A stretch of DNA of 64,000 bases from an uncultured candidate division Zixibacteria bacterium (GTDB lineage: Bacteria > Zixibacteria > MSB-5A5 > GN15 > PGXB01). Shown piece by piece: positions 1 through 9,478 of the stretch (position 1 is its first letter; each line of letters begins with the position of its first letter). The notes beneath the pieces were generated by a model. The model was given only the letters and a program-made list of their open reading frames with translations, did not search any database and was not told the DNA's origin. Location of the stretch: assembly GCA_963702205.1 (NCBI GenBank), contig OY969724.1, forward strand, positions 32,001 through 96,000, read 5' to 3'. The translations under genes and the position numbers were made by a program.

Positions 1-106
1 AATGCCCAAGCAGGCCCCTCTCCCAGGGGATATCTATTCCCCCCAGTATCAGTCTGCGGCCTTCAACCAGGCAATGAACATCGTATCCGAAACCAACGCG
101 GAACAT
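1..106 (-). CDS. ispF: 2-C-methyl-D-erythritol 2,4-cyclodiphosphate synthase (5' part, truncated by window edge)
   Basis: Manual translation from ATG at 106: [35 protein letters not shown], the IspF GxDVH...LGG...GH N-terminus; GGAGG RBS upstream. Not in the ORF track. Confidence 0.92.
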   Translation of the reverse strand, partial: MFRVGFGYDVHCLVEGRRLILGGIDIPWERGLLGH

Positions 107-131
107 TCAATCCTCCGAATATACAGGGAAT

Positions 132-368
132 TTAGTGACAGGTTGAGCAACTGCCGCCGGAACAGCCGGCGCAACCGGATGATGAAGTTGAGCCGGAAGA
201 CGCGGAATAATCACCGCCACTGCTTCCGCCGCTCTTAAAACTGCAGGCCGACATCTTGCGTTTTACCTTTTTGGTATCGCAACTGGGGCATGTGACAGTG
301 TCTCCGCCCAGAACTATACATTCAAATTCTTCATTGCATTTCATACACTGATATTCATAAATAGGCAT
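132..368 (-). CDS. FmdB-family zinc-ribbon protein
   Basis: MPIYEYQCMKC...CPSC signature and Cys-rich C-terminal tail (CAGC..CSTCH). Confidence 0.88.
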   Translation of the reverse strand: MPIYEYQCMKCNEEFECIVLGGDTVTCPSCDTKKVKRKMSACSFKSGGSSGGDYSASSGSTSSSGCAGCSGGSCSTCH

Positions 369-382
369 TTTAAACCTCCGGA

Positions 383-1336
383 TTATTTATCTTTGTCAAG
401 TTTTTCTATAACAACGGCTGCCAGGAGAGGGAACATTATTTCGTGGTGTCCGATTATTGAAAATCCTCGCCCGCCCTCCTGAGTAGGCCTGTTGAATACA
501 TTTGTCATAGGACGATAACCCTTTATAAAATCCATGACAAGGGTTGTAAAGTTTTTTACATCAAAACCAAGGTTCCTCACCAGCGTTAAAGCCTTTAAAA
601 AAACCTCGGGAATAATAACAGCTGAACCAAGGTTTATAAACACGCCATCTTCTATTTTTGACACAAGACCGGCAAAAATACGAAAATCCATGTGCGTCGT
701 CTTTCCTATTGCCGCGCCGTCCGCTTCCGGGTGAAAGTGGATCGTATCGGTTCCCATTGCCACGTGGACTGTTACAGGGATATCAAGTTCATATGCTCTG
801 GCAATGAGGCTGAAAGGGTTATATTCAAAATTTTCCCTTAAGAGCATGCCGCCTATCGCGGAACCCATCCCGATATTCTCTTCAGCACCTTTTTTTATTG
901 CCCCATTAAGAAATTTTCCCGTTTCTTCTGCCATGCCGTACACGCCCTTTCCCAGACGTGCGTCCACATCCTCCGATGTATGCCCGGCCATGGCGAACTC
1001 GGAATCATGTATTGTGCATGCCCCGTTCATTGCAATGGCGCTTATTACGCCCCTCTCCATAAGGTCTATTATTACCGGATTCAACCCGACCTTTATGGGA
1101 TGGGCGCCCATTCCCAAGATAACCATCTTTTTATTTTTTACAGCCTCAACAATGCAGTCGGACACATCCATAAGATCCTGTCCCGCAAGAATGCCCGGAA
1201 GGGATATCAGCCATTCCTCCATGCTTCCTCCCGGGGCCCACGCCTTTCCAAATTCTTTGACAGAGACCTTGCTCGCCCGGCCTTTCAGAGGGTAAGTTTT
1301 TATATTTTCAAGAGAAATTGGTTTCCATTCAGTCAT
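383..1336 (-). CDS. Conserved hypothetical protein, deoxyhypusine-synthase-like
   Basis: Long ORF with GAHPIKVG, NGAxxIHD, GSAVIIPEVFLK and GHHEIM motifs; start moved to the ATG (MTEWK) overlapping the gmhA end. Confidence 0.6.
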   Translation of the reverse strand: MTEWKPISLENIKTYPLKGRASKVSVKEFGKAWAPGGSMEEWLISLPGILAGQDLMDVSDCIVEAVKNKKMVILGMGAHPIKVGLNPVIIDLMERGVISAIAMNGACTIHDSEFAMAGHTSEDVDARLGKGVYGMAEETGKFLNGAIKKGAEENIGMGSAIGGMLLRENFEYNPFSLIARAYELDIPVTVHVAMGTDTIHFHPEADGAAIGKTTHMDFRIFAGLVSKIEDGVFINLGSAVIIPEVFLKALTLVRNLGFDVKNFTTLVMDFIKGYRPMTNVFNRPTQEGGRGFSIIGHHEIMFPLLAAVVIEKLDKDK

Positions 1337-1919
1337 TGACGTCGTCTCCGCCCTGAAACAGTATATAGTCCACGAGCTTACAGATAATATGCCCTGCAAG
1401 TATATGACTTTCCTGAATCCTGGCTGCCCTGTCGCTGGGCACAATCAGGCACAGGTCACTTATATCCTTGAGTTTTCCGCCCTTGCCGCCGGTCAGTCCT
1501 GCTACAAAAATACCCATTTCCTTTGCCGTTTCGGCTGCTGATATGACATTTTGCGAGTTTCCGCTAGTACTTATTGCCAGGAGCACATCACCTTCAAGGC
1601 CTATGGCCTTTACCTGCTTGGTGAATATATCATTAAAAGAATAGTCATTTCCGATACATGTAATTATGGATGTATCGGTCGAAAGCGAGATGGCCGGCAG
1701 AGGAGGCCGTTCCATTTCGAGCCTGTTCACAAACTCAGCGGCAATATGCTGTGCATCTGCCGCGCTTCCGCCGTTTCCGCAAAGCATAAGTTTCCTGTCG
1801 TTCGTAAAGGAAGCAACTATCTTTTTTGAAAGGATGATCAGGTCATCGCCGCATTCCCTGATAAACTGTTCCTTTACCTTTAAACTTTCCTGAAGAGTCT
1901 CAGAAATAATATCTTTCAT
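1329..1919 (-). CDS. gmhA: Phosphoheptose isomerase
   Basis: CGNGGSAADAQHIAAE, NDY, STSGNS and RIQESH motifs; start chosen from the GGAGG RBS. Confidence 0.95.
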   Translation of the reverse strand: MKDIISETLQESLKVKEQFIRECGDDLIILSKKIVASFTNDRKLMLCGNGGSAADAQHIAAEFVNRLEMERPPLPAISLSTDTSIITCIGNDYSFNDIFTKQVKAIGLEGDVLLAISTSGNSQNVISAAETAKEMGIFVAGLTGGKGGKLKDISDLCLIVPSDRAARIQESHILAGHIICKLVDYILFQGGDDVND

Positions 1920-1933
1920 CATTCCTCCATACC

Positions 1934-3352
1934 TCAAATGCCGATGGAATTCATATCGCTGATCGCCTTTGCAACGATCTTTAATTCTTTATCCTGTATT
2001 GTTCTTACATCAAGAAGGACACTGTCCTGCTCTACCCTAACAATAATGGGAGGGTCGCCGGCCTTCAGAATTTCGTTTATCCGATGGGCTGTCATCTCAC
2101 GCGGATTGAGCCGTAAAAGGCGTGTATGAAGTTCCATCAGAGGCAGGGCGCCCCCGCCCACCTTTGACATGCCATCCACGGTATCAACCCCGAAATTGTT
2201 GCCATCTTTGGCTGTTATCATGCGCAAAATGCGTCGGGCCTTTGCCTTGAGATCTTCATAGGACTGGCAAATCATCCTGAGGGTCGGTATTGTGTCAATG
2301 GCCTTTCGTTCATCCCTGTATATATTCAATGTCTCTTCAAGGGCCAGGAGAGTCAGCTTGTCTATCCTTAATGCCCTGTTAAGCTGGTTCTTTTTTATTT
2401 TTTCAACCGGTGGTTTTTTCCCCAGGATTATACCTGCCTGGGGCCCCCCCAGGAGTTTATCACCGCTGAATGTGACCAGGTCTATACCTGCCTCAAGCAC
2501 CTGCTGGACGGTCGGTTCCCATTCCATTCCATATTTGGAAAAGTCGATAAATGATCCGCTGCCAAGATCTTCAATAACAGGTATGTTGTGTTTTTTTCCG
2601 AGTTCCACGAGGGCGGACCTTTCGACCTCCTCATTGAACCCTACTATCTGGAAATTGCTTTTGTGGACCTTTAATATGGCTGCTGTTTCAGGGGTTATGG
2701 CCTCTTCATAGTCCTTCAGGTGGGTCTTGTTCGTTGTTCCCACTTCGATCATTCTTGCGCCGCTTTTTCTCATAACATCAGGTATCCTGAATGATCCTCC
2801 GATCTCAACCAGTTCACCCCTGGATATTATTACCTCACGGTCTTTTGCCATCGTTTCAAGGGTAATAAGGACGGCAGCAGCATTATTATTTACCACCATG
2901 GCGGCCTCTGCCGAGGTCAACTCCTTTAAAATTCCCTCCACATGGGTATACCTGCTTCCCCGTTTCCCCATTTCAATATCATACTCAAGATTGCTGTAAC
3001 CGCTGCTGATTGCCTTAAATTTATCTATTACACTTTCGGCAAGCAGAGATCTCCCGAGATTGGTGTGGATGACAACACCGGTGGCGTTTATAACATTCCT
3101 GAGACTTGACCTGGAAACGAGCCGGAGCCTCTCAGCGATCATAGCGATGATATTGTTCTGATCCATCGCCATGCCCTCCTTTGTTATCTCTCCCTTTTCA
3201 ATGCCCTTTCTTGTCTCGGACAGGATTTCATTGATTGACCTGAGTATGAGACTTCGAGGATAATTTGCTGAAATGCCTTTTATTTCAGGTGCTTCCAGCA
3301 GGCGGTCTACAGCTGGAATCTTCCTGAATAATTCTGATCTGCTATCTGTCAT
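1934..3352 (-). CDS. selA: L-seryl-tRNA(Sec) selenium transferase
   Basis: VINATGVVIHTNLGRS, NNNAAA, GELVEIGGSFRIPD, and FSGDKLLGGPQAG (PLP lysine). Confidence 0.97.
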   Translation of the reverse strand: MTDSRSELFRKIPAVDRLLEAPEIKGISANYPRSLILRSINEILSETRKGIEKGEITKEGMAMDQNNIIAMIAERLRLVSRSSLRNVINATGVVIHTNLGRSLLAESVIDKFKAISSGYSNLEYDIEMGKRGSRYTHVEGILKELTSAEAAMVVNNNAAAVLITLETMAKDREVIISRGELVEIGGSFRIPDVMRKSGARMIEVGTTNKTHLKDYEEAITPETAAILKVHKSNFQIVGFNEEVERSALVELGKKHNIPVIEDLGSGSFIDFSKYGMEWEPTVQQVLEAGIDLVTFSGDKLLGGPQAGIILGKKPPVEKIKKNQLNRALRIDKLTLLALEETLNIYRDERKAIDTIPTLRMICQSYEDLKAKARRILRMITAKDGNNFGVDTVDGMSKVGGGALPLMELHTRLLRLNPREMTAHRINEILKAGDPPIIVRVEQDSVLLDVRTIQDKELKIVAKAISDMNSIGI

Positions 3353-3438
3353 AATGCCTTGCCCGTTTCCTGTCCCTTAATATTTTCAATCTTTTTGTTG
3401 CAAAATTTTAAAAGCATGGTAAATAGATAACAAAATAT

Positions 3439-3515
3439 GGTGGGTGTAGCTCAGCTGGCAGAGCACTTGGTTGTGGCCCAAGATGCCGCGGGTTCAAGTC
3501 CCGTCACTCACCCCA
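3439..3515 (+). tRNA. tRNA-His (GTG) with G-1 and encoded CCA
   Basis: Acceptor GTGGGTG/CACTCAC, D arm GCTC/GAGC, anticodon arm CTTGG-TTGTGGC-CCAAG, T loop TTCAAGT, 3' CCCA. Confidence 0.97.
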
Positions 3516-3535
3516 TTAAAATATAATATATCAGT

Positions 3536-3560
3536 AAGGGAGCGAATGCTCCCTTTTATA
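3536..3560 (+). terminator. Intrinsic terminator after tRNA-His
   Basis: AAGGGAGC-GAAT-GCTCCCTT followed by T-rich tail. Confidence 0.75.
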
Positions 3561-3727
3561 TTTTAAGGAATGAATACTCCGAACAGTGCTATTGCTTCCA
3601 CCTTGTTATTTTCTTAATCTTATCAAAAACATATGTTTGTTAGCATATTTTTTTGTTCTTTAAAAGAACAAAGAATAGCCCTCATTACATTTTATATTAA
3701 TATTAGTGGATAATTAACTTTCAGGAA

Positions 3728-4280
3728 GTAATTTCCGGTTGGAAAATTGTGCCTGCTACCATTTCGAAAGACGATATATGCAACTTTTGTGGCCGTTGAT
3801 CCGGCAAAGGACATCATTTTTCAGGACGGAATCGAACTGACTCAGTACATGTGTTTTATTTTTAAGGATCAGAGAAATATAAGAGGTGCACATTATTTAT
3901 GTACAATTGATCCTTAAAAATTAAAACACTGCATATGTGATTACCGGTTATAAAACGATCCCATCCTGAAAAACAATGTCCTTTGCCTGCTGCGGGGGAC
4001 GAAACAGCTGAAAATAAAATCTGGCGATCCTCAGAATTTGCTTCCTGCCTCAAGTGGAGGTGATGCCCTTTTCCTGAAAACATATACGCATATAAATACC
4101 CAATTGGTTCGCGGTTTTGAATTTTTAAGGATTATGTAATTACGTTCTCAAAATGACAGAGGTTATAATCCTTAAAAATCAAAACCAATGTAAGGTGTTT
4201 TTCGGATATGTTTTCGGGAAAAAGGGCAGCGCCGGAACGATAATTCGTCCATGAAATGAAATTTCTTAACCGAAAATTAC
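3728..4280. repeat. Nested long inverted-repeat element, copy 1
   Basis: Outer IR 3728-3748/4260-4280; hairpin A 3803-3987; hairpin B 4059-4233; homologous to 41175-41528 in inverted orientation. Confidence 0.85.
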
Positions 4281-4335
4281 CGGGTTTCATTTATATTTTT
4301 AAGACAAACAAGATATCTATACTGGAAGAAAAGGG

Positions 4336-4364
4336 TCACCCTGCAGTTTTCACTGCAGGGTGAA
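4336..4364 (-). terminator. Hairpin downstream of adk, probable terminator
   Basis: TCACCCTGCAG-TTTTCA-CTGCAGGGTGA perfect stem. Confidence 0.55.
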
Positions 4365-4427
4365 GGTCTTAATGCTGGTTCATTAAAGGAAACTGACTAG
4401 TGCCAGAAAATAGTTTATGGATGGGCA

Positions 4428-5108
4428 CTATTTAATCTTATTCAACAGATCTTCCGAAACTTCCTTGACACCCGGTCGTCCATCAAGCTCAATAAATTTT
4501 GGCGTACCACTGTTGTCGGCAGAGAGTTTTTTAAAGAAGTTCACTGCGGCCATTGTACCTGTTGAATCGTCATAGTAGATATCATGCCTTTTGTCTATTG
4601 CAGCTTCATCCTGGTCATCAGACCTTGTCTTGAGCCCGCCGCCGCAAACACGGCATTTATCACCATTTGGTTTTATGGCGTCGATAAAGATATTATTGGG
4701 ATGATTGTTGTCATTTTCACAGAGTCGTCGGCCCATTATCCTGTCCTTGGCAATCTGCCTGTCAAGTACCATTTCTATAACGATATCAAGAATAATGCCT
4801 TCTGCCTTGAGCGCCTTGTCCAGTTCTTCCGCCTGTGTAAGATTTCTGGGAAAACCATCCAGCAGCCAGCCGTTGCCGCAGTCATCACCCTTGAGCCTGT
4901 CAAGAATCATAGGGATTGTAATGCTGTCGGGTACAAGCTCCCCCCTGTCTATATATCCCTTTGCTTCTTTGCCCAGATCAGTGCCCTTTGATATATTTTC
5001 TCTGAAAATTACACCGGTTTCGATATGGGGAATATTTAATTTATCCTTAACTATAGCACCCTGGGTGCCTTTTCCGCTTCCGTTTGGTCCGAAAAAAAGA
5101 ACTTTCAT
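4428..5108 (-). CDS. adk: Adenylate kinase
   Basis: GPNGSGKGTQ P-loop, GELVPD, LDGFPR, LID with C..H..C..C metal ligands. Confidence 0.97.
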   Translation of the reverse strand: MKVLFFGPNGSGKGTQGAIVKDKLNIPHIETGVIFRENISKGTDLGKEAKGYIDRGELVPDSITIPMILDRLKGDDCGNGWLLDGFPRNLTQAEELDKALKAEGIILDIVIEMVLDRQIAKDRIMGRRLCENDNNHPNNIFIDAIKPNGDKCRVCGGGLKTRSDDQDEAAIDKRHDIYYDDSTGTMAAVNFFKKLSADNSGTPKFIELDGRPGVKEVSEDLLNKIK

Positions 5109-5260
5109 TATTATATCTCCTTTTGGTGGGTTTTTTATTTTGTGAAAATTATTTCAATTGCAGAATAAAGTCAAGGAGGGAAAGGTGGGGGGAGGTGCAA
5201 CCGGTTATTTGATTTTAATATAGTTGGGGAAGATTTTGATTATTACCCGGATAAATGGAG

Positions 5261-5355
5261 AAGGCGCAGGGCTCAGGGAAAATCAAAAACATTTCTAATC
5301 GGGGTTTTTATTTTTAAGGTTTTGACCCTGCGCCTTGTGCCCTGAGCCATGCACC
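5261..5355. repeat. Inverted heptamer-type short repeat element
   Basis: AAGGCGCAGGGCTCAGGG (5261-5278) matches in inverse CCCTGCGCCTT (5326-5336) and CCCTGAGCC (5340-5348). Confidence 0.55.
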
Positions 5356-5370
5356 TTTTTTTCATCCCCC

Positions 5371-5399
5371 TTGACATTGTTCACTTGGAAGGGTATATT
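5371..5399 (+). promoter_or_regulatory. Sigma70 promoter of the ars cluster
   Basis: TTGACA-17 bp-TATATT, 33 bp before the arsR ATG. Confidence 0.7.
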
Positions 5400-5432
5400 C
5401 CTAAAAAAGAATATGCATAAAAGGCAAATCAT

Positions 5433-5777
5433 ATGAAAGATTTTATAAAAGTAATGAAGGCATTATCCGATCCAAACAGGGTCAAAATAGTTAAGATGCT
5501 GCAGCATAAAACAATGTGTGTCTGCGAAATAAGAGAAGCCCTTCAGATAGCCCAGCCCAGCGTATCAAAACATCTTAAAATTCTAGAAGACGCCGATCTT
5601 GTGGCCGGCAGGAAGGACGGCCAGTGGGTTGACTATTATCTTACAGACGGGAGCAGGTCGCCATATGTTGCGAGTCTTCTTGGCAATCTGAAACACTGGC
5701 TGGAAAATGAAAAAGAGATCAGGGATATTATAAATAAGATCCCTTCCATCCGCAGAGAAGACGTCTGCTGCAAATGA
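5433..5777 (+). CDS. arsR: ArsR/SmtB-family repressor
   Basis: KALSDPNR, MCVCE, QPSVSKHLKIL HTH, C-terminal CC; heads an acr3-arsC cluster. Confidence 0.9.
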   Translation: MKDFIKVMKALSDPNRVKIVKMLQHKTMCVCEIREALQIAQPSVSKHLKILEDADLVAGRKDGQWVDYYLTDGSRSPYVASLLGNLKHWLENEKEIRDIINKIPSIRREDVCCK

Positions 5778-5839
5778 TTTTTTTTGGCATTTATAAATAG
5801 TCATATTGGAATATATGCATTTAATTAATGGAGATTGTT

Positions 5840-6073
5840 ATGGAAATAAAGATACTGGGACCAGGATGTAAAAAATGCGAATCCACCAGAAGAGCTGTTG
5901 AAGAAGCAGTAGCTGAAAGCGGAATTTCAGCAGAAATTATTAAGGTTACCGATATGCTTGAGATAGCAAAACATGGTGTTTTCGGGACACCGGCTGTTGT
6001 GGTGGATGGAAAGGTAAAAAGCGTGGGGAAAATTCCGACCAAGGGTGAGATCAAGGGTTGGATACAACAATAA
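5840..6073 (+). CDS. Small redox-active disulfide protein (thioredoxin-like)
   Basis: IKILGPGCKKC and GVFGTPAVVVDG; start chosen from GGAG RBS. Confidence 0.9.
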   Translation: MEIKILGPGCKKCESTRRAVEEAVAESGISAEIIKVTDMLEIAKHGVFGTPAVVVDGKVKSVGKIPTKGEIKGWIQQ

Positions 6074-6087
6074 CAAAGGAGGATAAA

Positions 6088-6477
6088 ATGAAGTCTTTAA
6101 TATTGTCATTTATTTTAGCTTTACTTTTAACAACCGGGTTTTCGGTTAATTCATCCGCTTCCGAAGAGCATGAGAACTTTCTCAAAAACCTTCCTGTCAA
6201 GGGAACGGTGACAATGATAGATCTCGGCAAGAAAAACTGTACCCAGTGCAAGATGATGGCCCCCATACTGGAAAAACTTAAATTGCAATACAAAGGAAAG
6301 GTCGAAATTGTCTTTATAAACCTCCTGGATGATCCGGAACAACAATATCGCTTCCGCTTAAAGGCCTTGCCAACTCAGATATTTTTTAACAGGGAAGGAG
6401 AGGAAGTTTACAGGCATATAGGATTCCTGAGTGAAAAGGATATAACTGCCCAGCTTGTTAAAATGGGTGTTGAATAA
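6088..6477 (+). CDS. Exported thioredoxin-family protein
   Basis: Signal peptide, CTQC motif, PTQIFF cis-Pro strand; AGGAGG RBS. Confidence 0.85.
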   Translation: MKSLILSFILALLLTTGFSVNSSASEEHENFLKNLPVKGTVTMIDLGKKNCTQCKMMAPILEKLKLQYKGKVEIVFINLLDDPEQQYRFRLKALPTQIFFNREGEEVYRHIGFLSEKDITAQLVKMGVE

Positions 6478-6503
6478 CATTCATTCCTTCGGAGAATAAT
6501 TTA

Positions 6504-7208
6504 ATGCTGGATTCCTTTTTTATTACTGTCAACGGATGGATATCAAGTGGACCTTTACTTGCGGCCGTCGGCTGTTTTTTATGGGGAGTGATAAGTGTTC
6601 TGTTCAGCCCCTGCCATCTTGCGTCAATACCCCTTATTGTCGGCTATGTCGGGGGGCAGGAGGCGATGCTTACGCCGCGAAAGGCAGGTGTTTACTCTGT
6701 TTTATTTTCAACCGGGCTGTTTATTTCCATAGCCCTTATAGGGATCATCTGTGCCCTTCTGGGGCGGATGCTTGGAGATGTAGGTAATTACTGGCAGATC
6801 TTTATTGGACTTATTCTTATATGGATCGCCCTGGGAATGCTCGGAGTTGAAAAATGTACCGCGTCCGGCAGTCTGCTTTACAAACTGAATTTCAGAGGAT
6901 TTGCCGGTGCATTTGGGCTTGGTCTGGCATACGGCATTCTATCTGGTTCATGCACATTTGGATTTATTGCACCTGTTCTGGCAATCATCACCGTACAAAA
7001 GCAGATCGCATCAGGAATACTTTTTATATTGCTGTTTGCCGTTGGTCATTGCCTGCCTATCGTAGTGGCAGGCAGTTCAACGGCTGCCGTGAAAAGGATC
7101 ATGGAAAACAGCAGGTGGCAGGGAGCAGGTACCTGTTTTAGAAAAGGAGCGGGTGCTATTATCATTTTATTGGGGATCTATTTTATAGTTAATCCTTTTT
7201 TAAAATAA
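6504..7208 (+). CDS. CcdA/DsbD-type membrane electron transporter
   Basis: Hydrophobic multi-TM protein with SPCHL and GSCT Cys motifs. Confidence 0.85.
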   Translation: MLDSFFITVNGWISSGPLLAAVGCFLWGVISVLFSPCHLASIPLIVGYVGGQEAMLTPRKAGVYSVLFSTGLFISIALIGIICALLGRMLGDVGNYWQIFIGLILIWIALGMLGVEKCTASGSLLYKLNFRGFAGAFGLGLAYGILSGSCTFGFIAPVLAIITVQKQIASGILFILLFAVGHCLPIVVAGSSTAAVKRIMENSRWQGAGTCFRKGAGAIIILLGIYFIVNPFLK

Positions 7209-7243
7209 TTATCCGATTGTTATTAGAATAAGGAAGCGAATGA

Positions 7244-7765
7244 ATGCTGCTGGAAGGGTATAAAAAAGAGATATTCAGGGCAAAATGCAATCCGAGCTTT
7301 GAATCCATTCACTGCATCGCACATCTTGAACAGGATGTATCCGATGTACTACCCTACCTGAATGCCGTACTTGGCGGATTTGAATATTTAAAAGATCCAC
7401 CGGCAGTTACATTTAAAATGCACGGGAAACTTATCACTGTTCATTCGAAAGAGATAGCCATTAATGCACTCAAAGGTGAAGAAGAGGCAAACAAAATACT
7501 GGAATGGCTTAAACAGGAGATTAATGACGCATGGGAAAAAAGAAATGAAATAGTGCCCTGTTATGAAGGCATCGGGAAGCCTAAAGTATTTGAAATTTTA
7601 AAACTTCTGCCTAAAACCAACTGCCGCGAATGCGGTGAATCTACATGTATGGTTTTTGCTGCCAGGATAGCAGAAGGCGCTAAAGGTATTGAAAAATGCA
7701 AACCAATTTCAGATGAGAATAAAATGAAGTTATCTGATTATATGGATCAATTCCGGCTGGAGTAA
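7244..7765 (+). CDS. Fe-S-binding protein with C-terminal AcsC/RnfB-type [4Fe-4S] domain
   Basis: [18 protein letters not shown]...CKP motif. Confidence 0.8.
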   Translation: MLLEGYKKEIFRAKCNPSFESIHCIAHLEQDVSDVLPYLNAVLGGFEYLKDPPAVTFKMHGKLITVHSKEIAINALKGEEEANKILEWLKQEINDAWEKRNEIVPCYEGIGKPKVFEILKLLPKTNCRECGESTCMVFAARIAEGAKGIEKCKPISDENKMKLSDYMDQFRLE

Positions 7766-7785
7766 AAATTTTTCAGGAGAAGTAT

Positions 7786-8877
7786 ATGAGTGTATCTATA
7801 TCAAAAAAACTCTCTTTCCTGGACAGGTTCCTAACACTCTGGATATTCGCCGCGATGATAACAGGTGTATTTTCCGGGTATTTTTTCCCTAAAGTAAAGG
7901 ATTTTATCAATCTTTTCCAAGTTGGAACAACAAACATCCCTATTGCAATAGGGTTAATTTTAATGATGTACCCTCCCCTTGCAAAGGTAAAATATGAACA
8001 ACTGGGACAGGTATTTAAAAATTTCAAGGTTCTTGCTCTTTCACTGGTACAGAACTGGATCATAGGTCCGATACTCATGTTCCTTCTTGCTATAACATTT
8101 TTATCGGGGCACCAGGAATACATGGTAGGACTTATCCTTATCGGCCTTGCCCGCTGCATTGCAATGGTGATTGTATGGAATGATCTTGCGTCAGGAGACA
8201 CTGAATACTGCGCCGGTCTTGTAGCATTTAATTCAATATTTCAGGTTTTATTCTTTTCTGTTTATGCCTACATATTCATTACTGTTCTTCCCCAGTGGAT
8301 AGGGCTTAAAGGAATGGTGGTTGATATATCCATCGGTCAGATAGCCGAAAGCGTATTTATCTATCTTGGAATACCATTTATAGCAGGTATTATTTCGCGA
8401 GTTATCGGCCTTAATACAAAAGGAAGGGAATGGTACGAAAAAAAATTCATACCAAAGATAAGCCCTCTGACCCTTATTGCCCTGCTCTTTACAATCCTTG
8501 TGATGTTCTCTCTCAAGGGGGAGTATATAGTTCAACTTCCGATGGATGTAGTTCGTGTTGCAATACCTCTCTGTATATATTTTGTGATAATGTTTTTTGC
8601 CTCTTTTTTTCTATCCATGAAGGCAGGGGCATCATATGAACAGTCAGCAACGCTCAGTTTTACAGCAGCGTCAAATAACTTTGAACTCGCGATCGCTGTT
8701 GCGGTAGCAGTTTTCGGAATCAATTCAGGGCAGGCATTTGCCGCGGTGATCGGTCCGCTCGTTGAAGTTCCTGTACTGATAGGGCTTGTTAATGTGGCTT
8801 TATGGTTCAGGAAAAAATATTTTCCATATGCAGTGCAAACACCGACAGGTGTGTGTCATATGACATGTGAGGGGTAA
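7786..8877 (+). CDS. acr3: ACR3-family arsenite efflux pump
   Basis: [42 protein letters not shown]. Confidence 0.96.
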   Translation: MSVSISKKLSFLDRFLTLWIFAAMITGVFSGYFFPKVKDFINLFQVGTTNIPIAIGLILMMYPPLAKVKYEQLGQVFKNFKVLALSLVQNWIIGPILMFLLAITFLSGHQEYMVGLILIGLARCIAMVIVWNDLASGDTEYCAGLVAFNSIFQVLFFSVYAYIFITVLPQWIGLKGMVVDISIGQIAESVFIYLGIPFIAGIISRVIGLNTKGREWYEKKFIPKISPLTLIALLFTILVMFSLKGEYIVQLPMDVVRVAIPLCIYFVIMFFASFFLSMKAGASYEQSATLSFTAASNNFELAIAVAVAVFGINSGQAFAAVIGPLVEVPVLIGLVNVALWFRKKYFPYAVQTPTGVCHMTCEG

Positions 8878-8878
8878 A

Positions 8879-9304
8879 ATGAAAAAACAGATACTTTTCC
8901 TATGCACAGGAAACTCATGCCGAAGCCAGATGGCAGAGGGGTGGACCAATTACCTCCAGAAAGAAGACTTTAAGGCATACTCTGCCGGAATCAGTCCAAA
9001 GGGCGTTGACCCAAGGGCTGTAAAGGTAATGTCCGAGGTCGGAGTTGATATATCTGGACAAAATTCAAAGGCTATAGATTCGCTGGGAGATATGGAATTT
9101 GACTATGTAGTTACGCTTTGTGACAATGCAAATGAAGCATGCCCGTTCTTCCCAGCAAAGACCAGACTGCTCCACAGGGGCTTTGATGATCCTCCAAAAC
9201 TCGCCGATAGCATACAGAATGAAGATGAGGCATTAAATCATTACCGAAGGGTGCGGGAAGAGATAAGGGCCTTTGTTGAGAACCTGGAAGAAGAACTCAA
9301 ATAA
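8879..9304 (+). CDS. arsC: Thioredoxin-coupled arsenate reductase (LMW-PTP fold)
   Basis: CTGNSCRSQMAEG, TLC...CP and FDDP motifs. Confidence 0.95.
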   Translation: MKKQILFLCTGNSCRSQMAEGWTNYLQKEDFKAYSAGISPKGVDPRAVKVMSEVGVDISGQNSKAIDSLGDMEFDYVVTLCDNANEACPFFPAKTRLLHRGFDDPPKLADSIQNEDEALNHYRRVREEIRAFVENLEEELK

Positions 9305-9478
9305 CAAGATGGGATCAAAATGGCAGAAGTGGTAAAAAAATAAAAACTGAAAAATCTATCCCGTCATCAGTATCCTATTAATTGTATGCATTACAATAAC
9401 TGCTGCGTTTGATTTTATAAAACCAATACGAAATTCATAGATAAAGAGTAAATAATAAAAGAAGAAGAGGGAAAGCAT

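Noticed and set aside
3862..4083. 73-aa ORF (and 41378-41617) inside the palindromic element
   Set aside because: No recognisable motifs and not conserved as a frame between the two copies.
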